A stretch of DNA of 64,000 nt from Lingula anatina. Its lineage: Eukaryota > Animalia > Brachiopoda. Within the stretch, counting starts at the first letter, position 1. Every line of letters starts with the position of its first letter. Below, piece after piece: positions 11,423-25,274 of this stretch. The stretch spans positions 54,972,788-55,036,787 of the forward strand of contig CM120640.1 in NCBI GenBank assembly GCA_051362555.1, given 5' to 3'. The notes under the pieces were generated by a model. The model was given only the letters and a program-made list of their open reading frames with translations, was not told the DNA's origin and ran no database searches. Both the position numbers and the translations under genes were made by a program.

Positions 11423-12284
11423 GACTTGCATGCATGTATGTGAGAGGAACTCTAATAAAAGATTTCAAAACATATATCAGGCAGCACAATTGTTTATGCT
11501 CAAAGCCACTGACTCAAGACAAGAGCACCAAAGTATATGACAACTAATTTGGATTGAGACAGAGAGTGATGGTAATTAAAGCAAGGGTACTAAATCTTCA
11601 CTTTCTGGTCACCCTTGTAGTATATCTCTTGACACAAATAACTTTAACAGAATAAAGGGAAAATTTAAAGATACATATGAAGGGAGTATAATGGGTTACT
11701 ATGGAGGTTCATCTTTCTTTGGGGCAAATTTGCTTGGAAAGAATTTAATTGAAAGCCCTACTTATTTTGTTCTATTTCTTTTTTCAAAGAATGTTAATCT
11801 AAAATAACATTTAAATGAAATAATTGGTAGGAAGATGAGATGGACATAATGAAAAAAAATATACAAAAAGAGAACTGAAAAATCAATCCCCACTCTGCTA
11901 ATTATAGCCATTTTTATATTCTTTGATGCATAGCCAATATTTGGAGGTTGCAGGATTACTGATGACTCGACAGTGTAGGTGCTGTTCTATGAAAAGTGCA
12001 TCTGTGGTTTCTTCCACGTTTATAACAATGGTAAAACATGAGTGGGTTCTAATATTCTGCATCAGTTGTTCTCAATGCACAGGAACTAACCTGGTTTGCC
12101 AGAATGTAGTTTGTTAATATTTTAGAATAAAAAATTCTCCCACTCTAAAATATTAGGCAGGAGATTACAACTTTTGGTGTCCAAAAAGCAGAGAGGAAAC
12201 AAATACACTGATCTGTTTTGGAACATTGCAGCAATGGTTCCTAGTAAATAAAAGGTTGTTTTGCCGAAGTTCTGAAAATTTTAT

Positions 12285-12285
<1 letters not shown>

Positions 12286-12326
<41 letters not shown>
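12286..12326. repeat. Poly(A) run of about 41 nt
   Basis: Read directly. Confidence 0.9.
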
Positions 12327-12329
<3 letters not shown>

Positions 12330-12510
12330 ATTGCAGCTTGAAGTACTGCATCTACTCAAAATGAACAATCTTAATCAAAGTAAACCTTGTATGCACATTA
12401 CTATTCATTACAAAAAAGATAAAGTGCAACCTCTATTTGCACTTTATTAATTGTTCATGGGATGATGATAGAGATATAAATAAATCATAAATAAATAGTT
12501 CCATACTCAC

Positions 12511-12585
12511 CCTCTCTAAATGGGTCATGCAGCCAGTGTGTACTACAATTTTACAAGCTGCACATTTTTTTCTGGGTCCTGCCTT
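12511..12585 (-). CDS. DGKZ: DGK zeta/iota exon, C1A: [25 protein letters not shown]
   Basis: ttacag|AAG ... AGG|gtgagt; 75 nt. [12 protein letters not shown] motif. Confidence 0.95.
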
Positions 12586-15219
12586 CTGTAAAACAAGAAA
12601 TTAGCCATAACTTCATCACAATTTCAAAAATGATCATTAGCACATCCACAATACCTTCACATCAATTATATTTAAAGATTAAATTATAGTGAATTTCAGT
12701 TATTTTACTGTGTGACAACTTAGGGTACAGGCCAATAAAATTATCTTTATTCTAAAATATTTTGAAAAATATCAAGTGTCCATGGACAGCAAGGAAATGG
12801 TACATGGGTAATTCATAAATGCAGATCAGGTAATTCATACTGACTGAGTAGGAATTTTCTTTTGTAAATGTTGCTTCACTATGCTGTTGTTCTTCTTCTC
12901 CGTTTCTCACCCCTACAGTTTCTAACCCATTAAACATCTTTATTTTCTATTAACTGTATGTTCATTTTACCAACCATTAAAGATACAAATAAAATGAAAG
13001 CGAATTTCCAGTAATGCATATTAACCACTTCCACTAGTTTCTAATACGACTAGAATACTAGTAAAGTTGCCATGTCAAGTCATAAACCAGATTAATCCCT
13101 TGTTCTGCCCCCCCCCCCCCCAAATTAAAATTGCACCTTCTTCAAATCTAAATTGACCCATTTATGTGTCTCTTCAGTTTGTAAAAGTCACTCTCACTTC
13201 CATGTATGGATGTATAGCTTCCTGCACAATTTTAATTTAAAAATTGCAAACTTATTCAAATGAGACTATTGAGGGATATTTAAAGCACAGAAAGAAAACA
13301 GAAAATATCCATGCAAATATTATTTTGGGGGAATATAAAACAATGCCCTTTGGCATTTCTCTAAATGATTTTATTTAAAACTACAGGTGGCATTTGGTTG
13401 GATTTTGTGACAAAAAAATTGGCTTTTAATGGATCTTTAACAAAAGGAATGTGAGGCATAAAGAAGATTAAACTTAGGATCATGATCACTCTGTAACATT
13501 TTATGTACAGAGGACGAGAGGGCCCATAGTCCATCCTTTGTCCTGTAACTATGTAAGTAAATTCAAAGTAACACAATGTTTAACAATGAAACTATTTTGA
13601 GCAGATTATATGCAAGGAAGATCTTGAATGTTGTTCATGAATCATTTTATTTGCACAGCGTGACAGGAAAACTAACAACCTCATCTTCATTTGATCCTAT
13701 CATGAGCAATAGGAGAAACACCCCTTATACCAGCAATGCTTACTCTTATTAACATTGTTTTATCTAAAAAAGGTCCTTTTGCCATTTAAGATAAGATGAC
13801 CATATTTGTCTCCATTAAAATCAGTATTACAAATACTTGCAGACATAGTTATATGAAACCTAATAGAGAGCACTGGTAGTTGGAAAGAAGCTGAAACTAT
13901 CATTGCAATCTAAGTTTTTTGTTTTGAAATACTCAAGAAATTTACTGATAGTTTTTTTTTTTTGGCAATTGTTATGTTTTAATATCTTTCATATAAATTA
14001 CGACTTCAGTGAAGAAAACTAGTATTTCACAATAAATATTCATATATAATTATGTACTAGAAATAAATTTCTATGTAATGAAAGCTGCATCCGGGGAAAT
14101 GAACATGGTCTTAAGGGCAAACACCAGCATCTGTAAATCCAGGTAATATTTCCATTCAATCTAGTGTACAAGTACGACTGTTGGTACTACAAGCTTCCTG
14201 GCATTTCCTACATCTTTTACTAACAACTGATAACTTATGGTCAGACTGATGGAGTGAGTCAACACTGCTGTGAGGCAACAACTTTTCCAATCAATCCCAC
14301 ATCTGTACCAGAAACTGATCTACTTTGACTGGTGTAATCATCCGAGAATCAGCAGCCAACTATGTGCACTCGCTTTTATTCTTTTGGATTGCTTCTGTAA
14401 AACACTATGATGCATGAAAATTCAGAATTAACTTGTGATTAGCCTAAGAACTAGCAAAATGATTGAAGACAATGTTGAAAATCTCAGTTAGTATCATCCT
14501 CCTGACAGCAACAGTTTTAGTTTTAAGTTTTAGAAAATTTTAATGAATTCTGGATGCAAGTAATGTTTAAAGTACACTTGCATTCAAAGAGGACTACCTT
14601 AGATCAGAAATAGCCCTAACTTGGGGATATAAAATGGCACAATTCCCAAATTGGTGCCATCAGTTGCCATGACACCACTGACATCCCATCATCTAACCAA
14701 TGTCAATAAACAACATGTTCTAATACTGAATCTGTCATCAGAAGACATGACATTTATGTCCAATCATTGTTTTTAGACAACAAAGCACTATTGCCATCAA
14801 AAATTATATCATCTTAATAGGTCCCTGCATTTCAAAGTTGTACTGTGCTTATACAACTACAGCTTCTAAATGCAGTATATTCCACCTCAAAATTCTGCAA
14901 ACAGTTTGTTGCATTTATTTAAGAGTTTAATTTACATATTGTTTATTAAAGCATATTTAAAGTTTTAATTAACAAGCCTTGCCAGTATCTTTTTTTTTTT
15001 TTTTTTTTTGGAACACAATAGGGTTACAGTAAAATTTAGGTGAAGATGTTTCTCATGAGCATTATACCTATAAATGAAATAGATAAATCCACAGCTGAAT
15101 GTAGTCATGAACAAAGACCATAACCATGATGTGTGCATTCAGAATGCCTAAATCAAATGGGAAATTGGAAGCCAAGTTTAAAATAAGAAAAATCAATGAA
15201 TGAGATTATTAAAACCTTC

Positions 15220-15387
15220 CAGGCCCATAGCCAGGGGGGTTAGGGGGTTTGAAAGAACCACCTTTTTTGCTGGGAAAAGGTCAATTCTGGTGAAAATTTG
15301 ATATAGGTACACGAAGGTTTCATTGTAAAAGGTCCACTTTTTCAGAAAAAGAACCCTGCTTTTTAAATCTGCCTCCCTACACCCCTG
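15220..15387. mobile_element. Degenerate hAT-like MITE remnant
   Basis: CAGGCCCATAGCCAGGGGGG ... CCTACACCCCTG ends, GC-rich island; no clean TSD. Confidence 0.4.
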
Positions 15388-18300
15388 CAAAACTTTGAGG
15401 AGAACGTGAGAAAATGGAAAGCGAGGATAATATGAAGTTTCCATGGAAACACCTTGATGAAAACACACAAAAATACTAGAACTGTCACAAATGTGACAAA
15501 TACCCCCAGACTTACCTGACCTCACACAACTGGACTTAATATTGTACCCACTTTTACCACAATGACTAACTAGAACAATGTTAAAATTTTTCATTGCTGA
15601 TTGGACTAGAAATGGCAGAAATTTTAAAATATTCACCCTGAAAAAAGCTAGTTACCCATGTGTAAGTACATTCTCAATATTTTTTCATTTCTTATTAGAC
15701 CAACCAGTCTTCATGCTTATATTTTGGACACCATCTGATTGAAGGGCTAACAGAGGCAGAACAAATGCAACCTACTCAGTCACCATCATTAATGATACTG
15801 ATTTGTAACCAAATGATCTGAATGGTCTGAACATGATGCTGCTGCTGCTGCCATTCTGCCCAAGGGTGAAAGATGATGATGAGTTGGAGGGATGAGTTAA
15901 ATAGACAGGTGTATGCAACCGCAATTTAATCAAGGTCTTCTTACATGTTACATTTCTCTGAAATTGAATAAAAACTTTAGGAGATGACTACAAAAATGCA
16001 TGATGCATCACTTATAATTGATTTAATTTTTTTAAAACTTTATAATGATCCACAAATTGTAAATATAACAGTCTTTTTTATGAAGGGGAAATGCCCACAG
16101 AGGAGATTTTATTATAGGCACTCAGCAACACAAATACTGTCAATTCATTCTAACAGGTCAAAATTTAGTTTTATGTTTCTTCCCATAAGTCAAACTGCAT
16201 AGTTAATATATAGGGGCTCATACAATCATGAGCAAGATCAATAAAGAAAATCTCTCACTTCAATACTGCAGCCCAAACAACCGAACACTCCCATCCATTA
16301 TAATTTATGTCACTGATCTCTTGTTGTATTTTTTCCATTTTGATTAGGTAGAAATCAAATGAAGTTATTACATGATTATTTCTAATAAACTTAACATGTT
16401 CATATTAATAGATTTTTCATCTTACTGTCTTGAGAATCCAAAATGTGAATCTAAAATTTGCTCACTGATATACAGGGAGTCCAACCAAACCAAGTCCCCA
16501 AAATATGCCGCAATGTGCACATGTGAGTGTGTGTGTGTGTGTGTGTGTGTGGGGGGGGGGGGGGGGAGGATTTTATACATAAAAAATAAAATTAACTATC
16601 TAAATATATTAACATTAATTATACAAATAATAATACTTAAAAATATTAACTTAATTATTCATTACCTTTTATGTTAAAGCAGATGGGGGAGGGGTAGCAT
16701 AGCCAATAAGCACCACAAATGAGAGAGAGCAGTTAAATTTCACTTTTCTAGCTATTGAAGACCAACACATTATGCTTGCTTTATTGTAAAGGTAATATGT
16801 AACAACACAGGTGATCATTACAGTTCCTGGGAATGTGATTTTTTCCTGTTCACTCAGACAGTGGAGTACAGTGGAAATCAAGTATAGCACTACACCTTGA
16901 GCTTATCGAAATACAATGTAGATTCCAATATGGCACCATACATACTTCGATTAAGGGCATTGCTCATGAGAATTAATAAGTACTTTTCAATTTGGAGAGC
17001 ATAATCAATTAATGACATACTTCTAGAGATGGATAATCTGAAATTCATATATTTTGAAATTTACAGTATTCACAGAGGAATAGACTGCTTTCAGTTTCAT
17101 TCACATTTATGTAACAAATGCATGGTAGCCATATATATATTTGGTCTCAATTATTGTCATGCAAAATTTTGCACTGTATTACAGATTTAACATATATTTT
17201 TAGTATTTCATACCCACTAGTACACCTGGAATAATGAAGCTATGAGTAGCAGATAAGTAGTGATGCCATATATCACAGAATTTGTCATCTTCTTAATACA
17301 TATAAAGCTGATCAGTATCACTTTATTTGTTTGGCATTTTATACTGGCACATCAATTATCTCATACTGGGGTACTGGTATCTGTATCTGGTCCTTCAAAT
17401 TATCTTAATTCAAATGAAGCAGGCTTGTGTCCTTTCTCAATGTCCCACTTAAAATAAAAACATTTTGATGTGACCATCTTCACATTTAAACAATAAAAAA
17501 CATGACAATTCATTTTTATGGACATTAAAGAAGAAAAAAGGCCATGGGGTTGAAAACTGTAGCTATACTAAGATTGGAATCAATGTTATAACAAAATATT
17601 CATAAATATAGGCATGAGTGCTAGAAAATGATCCAATCCAGCCGATTTTCTCTAACTTGAGATATATTTTTGTGCTATAAATCGTTCCTGAATTTTAACC
17701 AAAGATAAGAGACATGCTTTGCCATTTATTTGGTTTTAGAAGAGTGCATGGCTACAGAAGGTCATGAAGTTGGTACCAACGTATGTCTGTCCATATGAAG
17801 AAAAAGAAACTAATGTATACATTTCTGAAATATGATGTCTGGAAAATCTATCAGTCATGAAACCATACCACATGTATGTTCATCCATGCATGCACCCCCC
17901 TTCTAACCTGCATATGTGACAGGATGGATATAATGACTCTAAAGCCACACAAGACTTACAATACCACAGTGCGTTGAAATATAGGCATTTATTGGACTAA
18001 TTCACTGTATCAATGACAGCGTAAAGATATTGGTACAGGTGAAAAAGCTATCAAGAGTTCCCTGCTGCTTGTATAATTAACCACATAGTTTACAAAAGGA
18101 TGCTAGTGTATGATGTAGTGATATATGGAGAACTAAGATGGAATGTTCTTTTTAACAAAGTGATTTGAGGATCAAATTATGTAAAGTTGGTATCAAATCA
18201 TCATTTACAATCGACAGATATGATCAGAATTCATAAAGAATATCCACAATTTATATTTACTTCTATTAACCTTTCTCATTGATTTCAACAAGTGGGTTTC

Positions 18301-18417
18301 CCCGTTTCATCTAAATCTTGCCACTGGATTAGCATCTCAACAATATTCTGAGAGCAGGATTTCTACAGGGTATTCAGAGAAAAATAAGCATAAGAATACG
18401 ACATTCCCATTTTTTAC

Positions 18418-18501
18418 CTGACACTCGGCCTCTCCTATGTAGCAGTAATCCCCAGAGGCATTGGTTTCAATCCACAGGTGGTCACCTTTAATGGCATTTT
18501 C
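18418..18501 (-). CDS. DGKZ: DGK zeta/iota exon, start of C1A: ENAIKGDHLWIETNASGDYCYIGEAECQ
   Basis: ttccag|GAA ... CAG|gtaaaa; 84 nt, phase 0-0. HxW...SGDxCYxGE motif typical of type IV DGK C1A. Confidence 0.95.
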
Positions 18502-19021
18502 CTGGAAGTAAACAGCCAAACTGTTAAATTTTTTATCAGACAATCACTTTGTGTCACAAATTTTCAATTAAGGTTGCCTGCAGTAATTCAAATTAATTGG
18601 CAAAAATGGTCTCCTTGATCATCAGTAAGCAGGAATGCCAGCATATAGGGTTATCATTATCCATCACTCTGAAATGGAATAAACAGCCCTACATGGTATC
18701 ATATTCAGGGTTGTGAACACTATGTTATGGTTTCAAAATGCCTCCATCTTACATTTATCATGACTTCCCGGAAATGAAACAGAGATTGAAAAATTGAGAG
18801 TATGTATCAATGATGCACAGAGTCGGTAACCAGAAAATTACTACTAGTATTCTAAGTCAGTTTTAGTTCTAGCTATTACATCCAGGTACCCCTTTACAGG
18901 CCGTAAACTCTACAGGTCTACAGTGTTGAGGTGTCTGAGGTTTTTAAGACTATTAGCAGATAGTGTACCTTTGGGTCAAATTATGAAAGCCCCCCCCTTC
19001 TCCTTCGCAGCAGATACTTAC

Positions 19022-19124
19022 TGTCCAATCAACAGTGCTCCTGGGTTCGTATTTGTGGTAACCATTTTCTGCATGGGATGGATGCAAGTAATGGCTTCCA
19101 TAACCACCCCTTGCAATAGCTTTC
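19022..19124 (-). CDS. DGKZ: Type IV diacylglycerol kinase (zeta/iota/rdgA-like), first common coding exon: (R)KAIARGGYGSHYLHPSHAENGYHKYEPRSTVDWT
   Basis: Acceptor ctag|G and donor ACA|gtaagt; 103 nt, entered in phase 2. KAI...RSTVDW matches the region preceding C1A in DGK zeta/iota. Confidence 0.9.
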
Positions 19125-21161
19125 CTAGATAATATAATTGGAGGAAAAAATTAATGCAACATATTAAGTTTGTATGCTTTTGAAAACATTCACTTCAGTA
19201 CAAAATCGTTGCTGCATGATCTATTAACTATATTCTGCATCACCAAGGCATTCTAGACATTCATGCATGCATGTAGCAAGTCATAGACTCATTCATTCAT
19301 TCATTCAACATTGTGTAAACCTAATATTCAACTTAATGGGTAATAATGTATAGGGTGTGTTTTAATAACATTGCGTGATGTAGTCTGACAACAAGCTAAG
19401 TGGAGAATAAAAGTTGTGAATTTGATTGATGCATAAACATCTTAGTTTTGTACAAGGGAATTATAGGTGTGACTAAGTGCTTTAGACTGACACATTTCAG
19501 GAAAAAGCACCAAGCTTTTAGCAGAGGACACGCACTCTTAGAATCAATGAAAAGTGGAAATCATGAAAAGCAAACACAGACAAAACCTTCCATCAGGTGG
19601 GCCAAATTCAAGTTAAAGTACAGCAGATGTATAACCATCTAGTACAAAAACAGGATGACTTTTGTTGTGCCATCTAGCCAAAAATTAAAAACAGGTTTTT
19701 GTCTGTTCGGCAAGTGCAGGAGTTCTGACTCATATAAGTAATACTATGAGACTACGTCAATTCAACAGAGTTATATTTAGTAACATGGTTACTATTAATA
19801 GATGTCTGATAAAAACCAAATAAATAAATAAACGTTTAAAATGTTAAACAAACTTTTGGCACGGTTTATATCTGGTGTCCATTTCCTTCTCATTTATTTC
19901 ATGTTCATCTTAGTTGATGACCAATTGAAATGATCATTTATTTACAAATGTTCTCCCCTTTCATGAACAAAAGGTCAACTGGGAAAAAAACGTTAACATA
20001 AAAAGTGCCAGTTTTTCATTTGACCAAATTTAATAAACAGTGATACTGCAATTGAATTTTCCCTCTTTGCTTTGGACAGCAATTTCATTAATCTATACAT
20101 CTGTATTAATGACATATCCCTGAAAGAAATTGATCAAATTCCCTTGCCTATCAATAACTTTCATCCAAAATCCAGTTAGGCCAAAATCTAATTGATAATA
20201 TGAGACACTAATGACAAAAAAATGATTATTAGAACAAAAGTAAAATGACAATTTGACAGCACACAGAAAATAATGAAAAACATTTGACATTTATGTCTCA
20301 GAAAGTCTATAAAAGGGGAAGTAAGGGTGTGCAATATTTCTTTCAGGTCCATCACCACAATTTTATTACTTTCATACAAATCAGATAATGTAGCATAAGT
20401 TCTCTTACTGCCTGTCTTGTTTTATTTTCATGGCGGCTGCTATTATTAATGCTATCAATAGGCTAAACTTTGTAGGATGGCTTTTAAGTTTGGCCAGTGT
20501 GTCACAAAAGATATTACACAGTCACTTCAACTATTTCCACATATCATAGGTATATATAATAATTAAACCTAATGTCTATAAAAACTGTTTTTTTATTCTG
20601 TTGCAGTATGGAGAGCCTGTAAATGAAAACTTTTAGCAATCAATTAAGTACTAATAATAATTATTATTATCATCATCATCAGCATCATTATTATCATTTT
20701 TGCAAGGTCTATAACTGTCTATCAGTTTCATTTCTTATTATCTCTGTGGACATCAAAAAATATATGTGTACATGAATACTCTGCAGTTGCCTAGATTTCT
20801 CAATGCCACGGACTGCATATCTAGTGTTGTGGAAATTTGTTTACATTAACCATTCTTGAGATGTTCTTAACCTTTTGGTTATTTATAGCAGACATAATTA
20901 AGTTATTAATGGCCATACTAAACCAATATCCAGCTTGACCACACACACATTAAATATGAACATATGTTAATTTTCTGTTTGCATGTTATATTTCATGTAT
21001 TTATAATTGAGGAAAATGCAGCAATAGTAATGGGTTAAATTGATGCATGACCATTTTTTATCATAATTCCACCTGTACATTAGTTTACAGTACTTTTCCT
21101 GGTACTATTAGTCATAAACTTAAACACTGTCTGGGGGGGGGTTGACTCTTGAAGCTATATG

Positions 21162-21162
<1 letters not shown>

Positions 21163-21204
<42 letters not shown>
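21163..21204. repeat. (CA)n microsatellite
   Basis: Read directly. Confidence 0.95.
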
Positions 21205-21208
<4 letters not shown>

Positions 21209-23146
21209 TGGGTAATTAGTGTGATGCCATTCCTTTCACTTGTTGGCATTCTGACCACTGTTTATAATTATGTAATCTATTTTTTTTTCTCAGTGCTCAG
21301 AAATTCTTCTATCTACATGCTTTTTAGAAATAGTTAAATTTATTTGAAATAGATATAAAATCAAATATTTCAATACATATATTCTGTAACATTCACATCA
21401 ATAACTGTAACTTTTGATTATAAAAGGCTGCTATAAATTAATGACAAAAAAACATTTAACAAAGTTTAAGAACATTTTCTGAAGGATGAGCTTCTAAAAA
21501 CATGATTAAAGATTCATGTACAATGCCACAATTGCACAAATGCTGCAATATTGGACTACTATATAAAACAACACATGAATTCCCTGCAATTGGAGGACAA
21601 AAGATATGACAACAGCTGTTCATCCAATTTCCAAAGAAAATAACTGCTGCAATCTGCTCAGCACAAATGTCCATTGGAGCATAAGTAAAACAAGTCTTTT
21701 TCCACTTACTAATAAAAATGACAAGTATTTTGACATATCATACTGTCATCGTTCCTCCAACTTACAGATTTTTGCCTTTTCCATAAAAATGAAGTTAGGT
21801 AATTCAAAAATTAATAGCAGTAGCATAAGACAAGGAACACCGTGATGTGAGATTTTAAATACCACATACTTTACCAGCTATGGTACCCATGAAAGATTTA
21901 CGCCATTTACATATAAAATGCTAAAATAATGATAGATGCAGAGGCATGACTCACAAATATTGATTTGCTTTCAGATGGCATTACCTTTTTTTTTCAAAAT
22001 AAAAAGAAATCAAATTTCAAAGTTTCCAAGATCACCTTAACAACACTTCAAGACAAACAATACACAAAAGAGCAGATGCATATAAGCTTTCTAAAATCTA
22101 AAAAAGCACAACTTTGTGACTAAAATACTACATAATTGAGACTGAAATTGCTTCCTGTGAATGTCTCTAATTGCTTTCTCTTTTTTCACAGCAAGAAAAC
22201 AGTAGAACATGCTATTTTAAGTTACAGACAAGGCTCTTTTTTTCTTTCATCTAATCATGAATATGAGATTAAAATAACATCAAGCAAAGACAGATAAGCA
22301 TATTCAATTATCTTAGTATCACATATAGTGAAATCTAATATCATTAGGTATATTTTGGGTAAATAAACAGACATGTGCTTGTGCATCTATGTACTGGGCA
22401 TGCACATGCTTTAATGTCCACGCCTATCTGAATTATTTACATTTGACTTATCAAATGACCCTAAAATTCAATAAGAAATAGTGCACATACTTGAAAAAGC
22501 AGATTTTATATACCTGCTGCCTTTACACATCTAAAATGTGTAAACACACTCAGCATTTAATAGCAATGGCATACAGTTGCTGGGGGATAGGCTATAAAGA
22601 CAGGCAAACTGGTGGATATAAATGCAGTAGTAAAGTTTATAAAAGCAGACGAAAAAGCCCACCTGGCCCACCTGGCATTTATAACTGCCTCCTAACTCTG
22701 AGGCACAGAAGCCCCTGTATCCAACAATCTACATACCTCCAGCAGGTAAATGTGGCTCTTTAACAGCTCAGAATAACTATCTGTCTGCTCTTCTTTCAAC
22801 ACCTCATTTAAATTTAGGTATCAAAAATACACAGAGACATAAGTTGACCCCTGCTCTAATGAAGTCTATTAATCAGCTGCATGCTCCCCTACTGATTGCC
22901 AATAAACAAGGAATTCTATGCAGGCATATACAAGAGTCAGAGATTGAGGAAACACAGCAAGATATTGGGCATCTAGCTCACTCAAAGTGCTGCTGCATAC
23001 TGTCTTATATGTGTATGGCATACTCACAAAAAAGTGATAATAACAATTTTTTTCTAAATTTTCCATGCAATCAAACAGATTTTTATAAAATTAAAAGCTC
23101 ATTAATGTCATAATAAAATAAATACATATTGTAGTGATCCACCTAC

Positions 23147-23988
23147 CTGAAAGCCATCCTTTTCCCCTCTGCACTGACATCTTTAAGGGACTCGTTTGAG
23201 CCAGTTGGACTCAAAGAATTGGATTTTTTCAGGTATGATACATCAAAGGAGGCCCTCCGCCCCTCTTTGGGGGAGCTAGTAGGACTGTAGCCTGTTTTTC
23301 CTTTAGCAGTACCAGTATCCACAGAAACTGATCGGTGAGTTTTTAGAACAGGAACTTCCAAACTGACAACTGTTAAAAAATCTTTTCCATTATCATCCTC
23401 TGTGTTCATGACATTGGTATCTCCCTCTGGCACAGGGAGACCATTTGTGTGTGGAAAAGTTTCCTTTTCGGAATCCTCATCACTGGATGAGCTGTTGCCT
23501 GTACCTGAGGAACTGTCTGAAGAATAAGACAGTTCAAATGACACAGAGCTTGCGGCACTATCTTCAGGGCTACTTATTGACTCCAAGTGCACACAATGTA
23601 CACAAAATCGTGGAATTTCCAAGGAGCCTCTGCGTATCAGACCCTGTGGGACCCTAAGAGTTGGCCCTGTTGTTGGGCTCTCTTCTTCAGAAGATGGACC
23701 TGTGCTGGGATAACTATTACATGTTGTAAGACTAGAATCAAATGATCTTGACCTTTGTTTCTTATTTTTGGAAAAACTTAGTAAATTGTCTATTACATCC
23801 GAGAGAACACCAGCAGCATCAAAACTAGCAGATCTTTTCTCTCTACAATGAAGCTCAGGGACTTTGAGGGTGGTGACTCCAACAGAAGGGTCATCATCTG
23901 CATCAAAACTGTCCTGGCGAGATAGAGATATAGAGGGTACCCCAGTTGGAGAACGGGAACGCGAGCGCTTCGGCCTGAAAATATTCAT
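23147..23988 (-). CDS. DGKZ: Alternative large N-terminal coding exon of the DGK (280 aa, Ser-rich and probably disordered; RSxSFD and LxVP repeats, CVHCVH motif)
   Basis: Only long ORF in the window, with a caagATGa start. Ends TTC AG|gtaggt in phase 2, which matches the 19124 acceptor (MAFR|KAIAR). Confidence 0.85.
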
Positions 23989-25236
23989 CTTGGTGCAGGA
24001 ACTGCTGCTTGTGCTTGTTGTAAAGTAATTTCACCAAAGAAATACTGTCTGGCACTTTTATCATCACCTGTTGCTGTATAAATACAGCCTTATTATTACT
24101 GTTATTGAACGCTCCAGTGACCTTATCATTGAGGGTCATATGAAAAATTATCCCATGATCTTGTCATTGTCCAGTGAATACTTCACACCCGTCTATTACC
24201 ATCTTATCCCACCACATGCTCAAATGTCCAGGTGATGAAACTAAATGGCCTGGCTCTCTGGCCACAATCTGCTTTTAAATCTTCTGCTCCAATCAATACC
24301 AGTCCCAGTGAGTATAGCAGCAATGTGCCGTGAGCTGGCACTGGCTAATAAAACCACTTCCTGTGTGCTTCTACTCAGTCCCTCCACATGGTCACCCTCT
24401 TAGGATAAGGCTCCAGGTAGAACTCATTATACAACTCTCCTAATAACATCAGATGAGATTTGAACTGGAGAGAAAATACCCCAGCGCCTAAATAATTGAA
24501 TATAGAAGCACATGTACTACCTATAGAGTGATATAAAACACTGAGCGAACTTCAGTGCTGCCTCTTGCAAAATGAATTTCCACCTACGCACTTACTACTA
24601 CTATTATTTACATCCCAGTTGAAACAGATTAAACAAACTGCATGTCAGGAATACTGATGGTCTATTATTTATGTTTTTACCAGAAACAATAGACCTCAAC
24701 CTGGTAAAATGTTTATTTTTCAAACCAGTTCAAATGTTTGCCAGTCAGCAAAAATGGGAACACAGGTTTCCCATTGCCCACCTGTTTCTCTCTAATATTA
24801 CCAGACTTCCCCATCTGTGACTGCTGTACACCAGTTGGTTTTTCCTTATGCTATAATGGCCAAGGAATGTGCTACTGACACCAATGAAAATGACAGCTAA
24901 CAGGGGCTAAGAACCAGCAATGCTGCACCCAGATTGCAGGGTGAAGTGCAAGCTACATCTATCATCACTGCCTGTTTTAAAGATCATCACTGGGGGAATC
25001 ACTTGTCAATCACATATAAGGGAGCATGAGGGAAATACTCAATTCAACATGTAACATGGCTTCTTAAAATAGCCTCCAGTGATGGAACAGTGATGAGACG
25101 TGTCACTTGTCTCAGTAACCCCAGCCCTCCAGGAAACTCTCCTCTGCACCTTCTTGGCACAGGTCACCTGATTCCCGTTGCTTAAGACAGATACAATCTA
25201 CTACGCCACTATGTGGGTGGAAAGATTGCACATTCA

Positions 25237-25274
25237 GCCAATCAGATTGTTCCTCCACACACTCAGCTACGTCA
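25237..25274 (-). promoter_or_regulatory. Candidate promoter elements (CCAAT box AGCCAATCA plus CRE-like TGACGTA) upstream of the large alternative exon
   Basis: Motif matches in a locally GC-richer segment about 1.25 kb upstream of the 23988 ATG; motif evidence only. Confidence 0.3.

Noticed and set aside
14150-14420. Possible retroelement pol fragment on the minus strand (KLVVP)
   Set aside because: No continuous RT or integrase motifs could be read.
15193-15636. 147-aa minus-strand ORF
   Set aside because: Non-ATG start, overlaps a MITE remnant, no recognisable domain; no exon is needed between 18418 and 12585.
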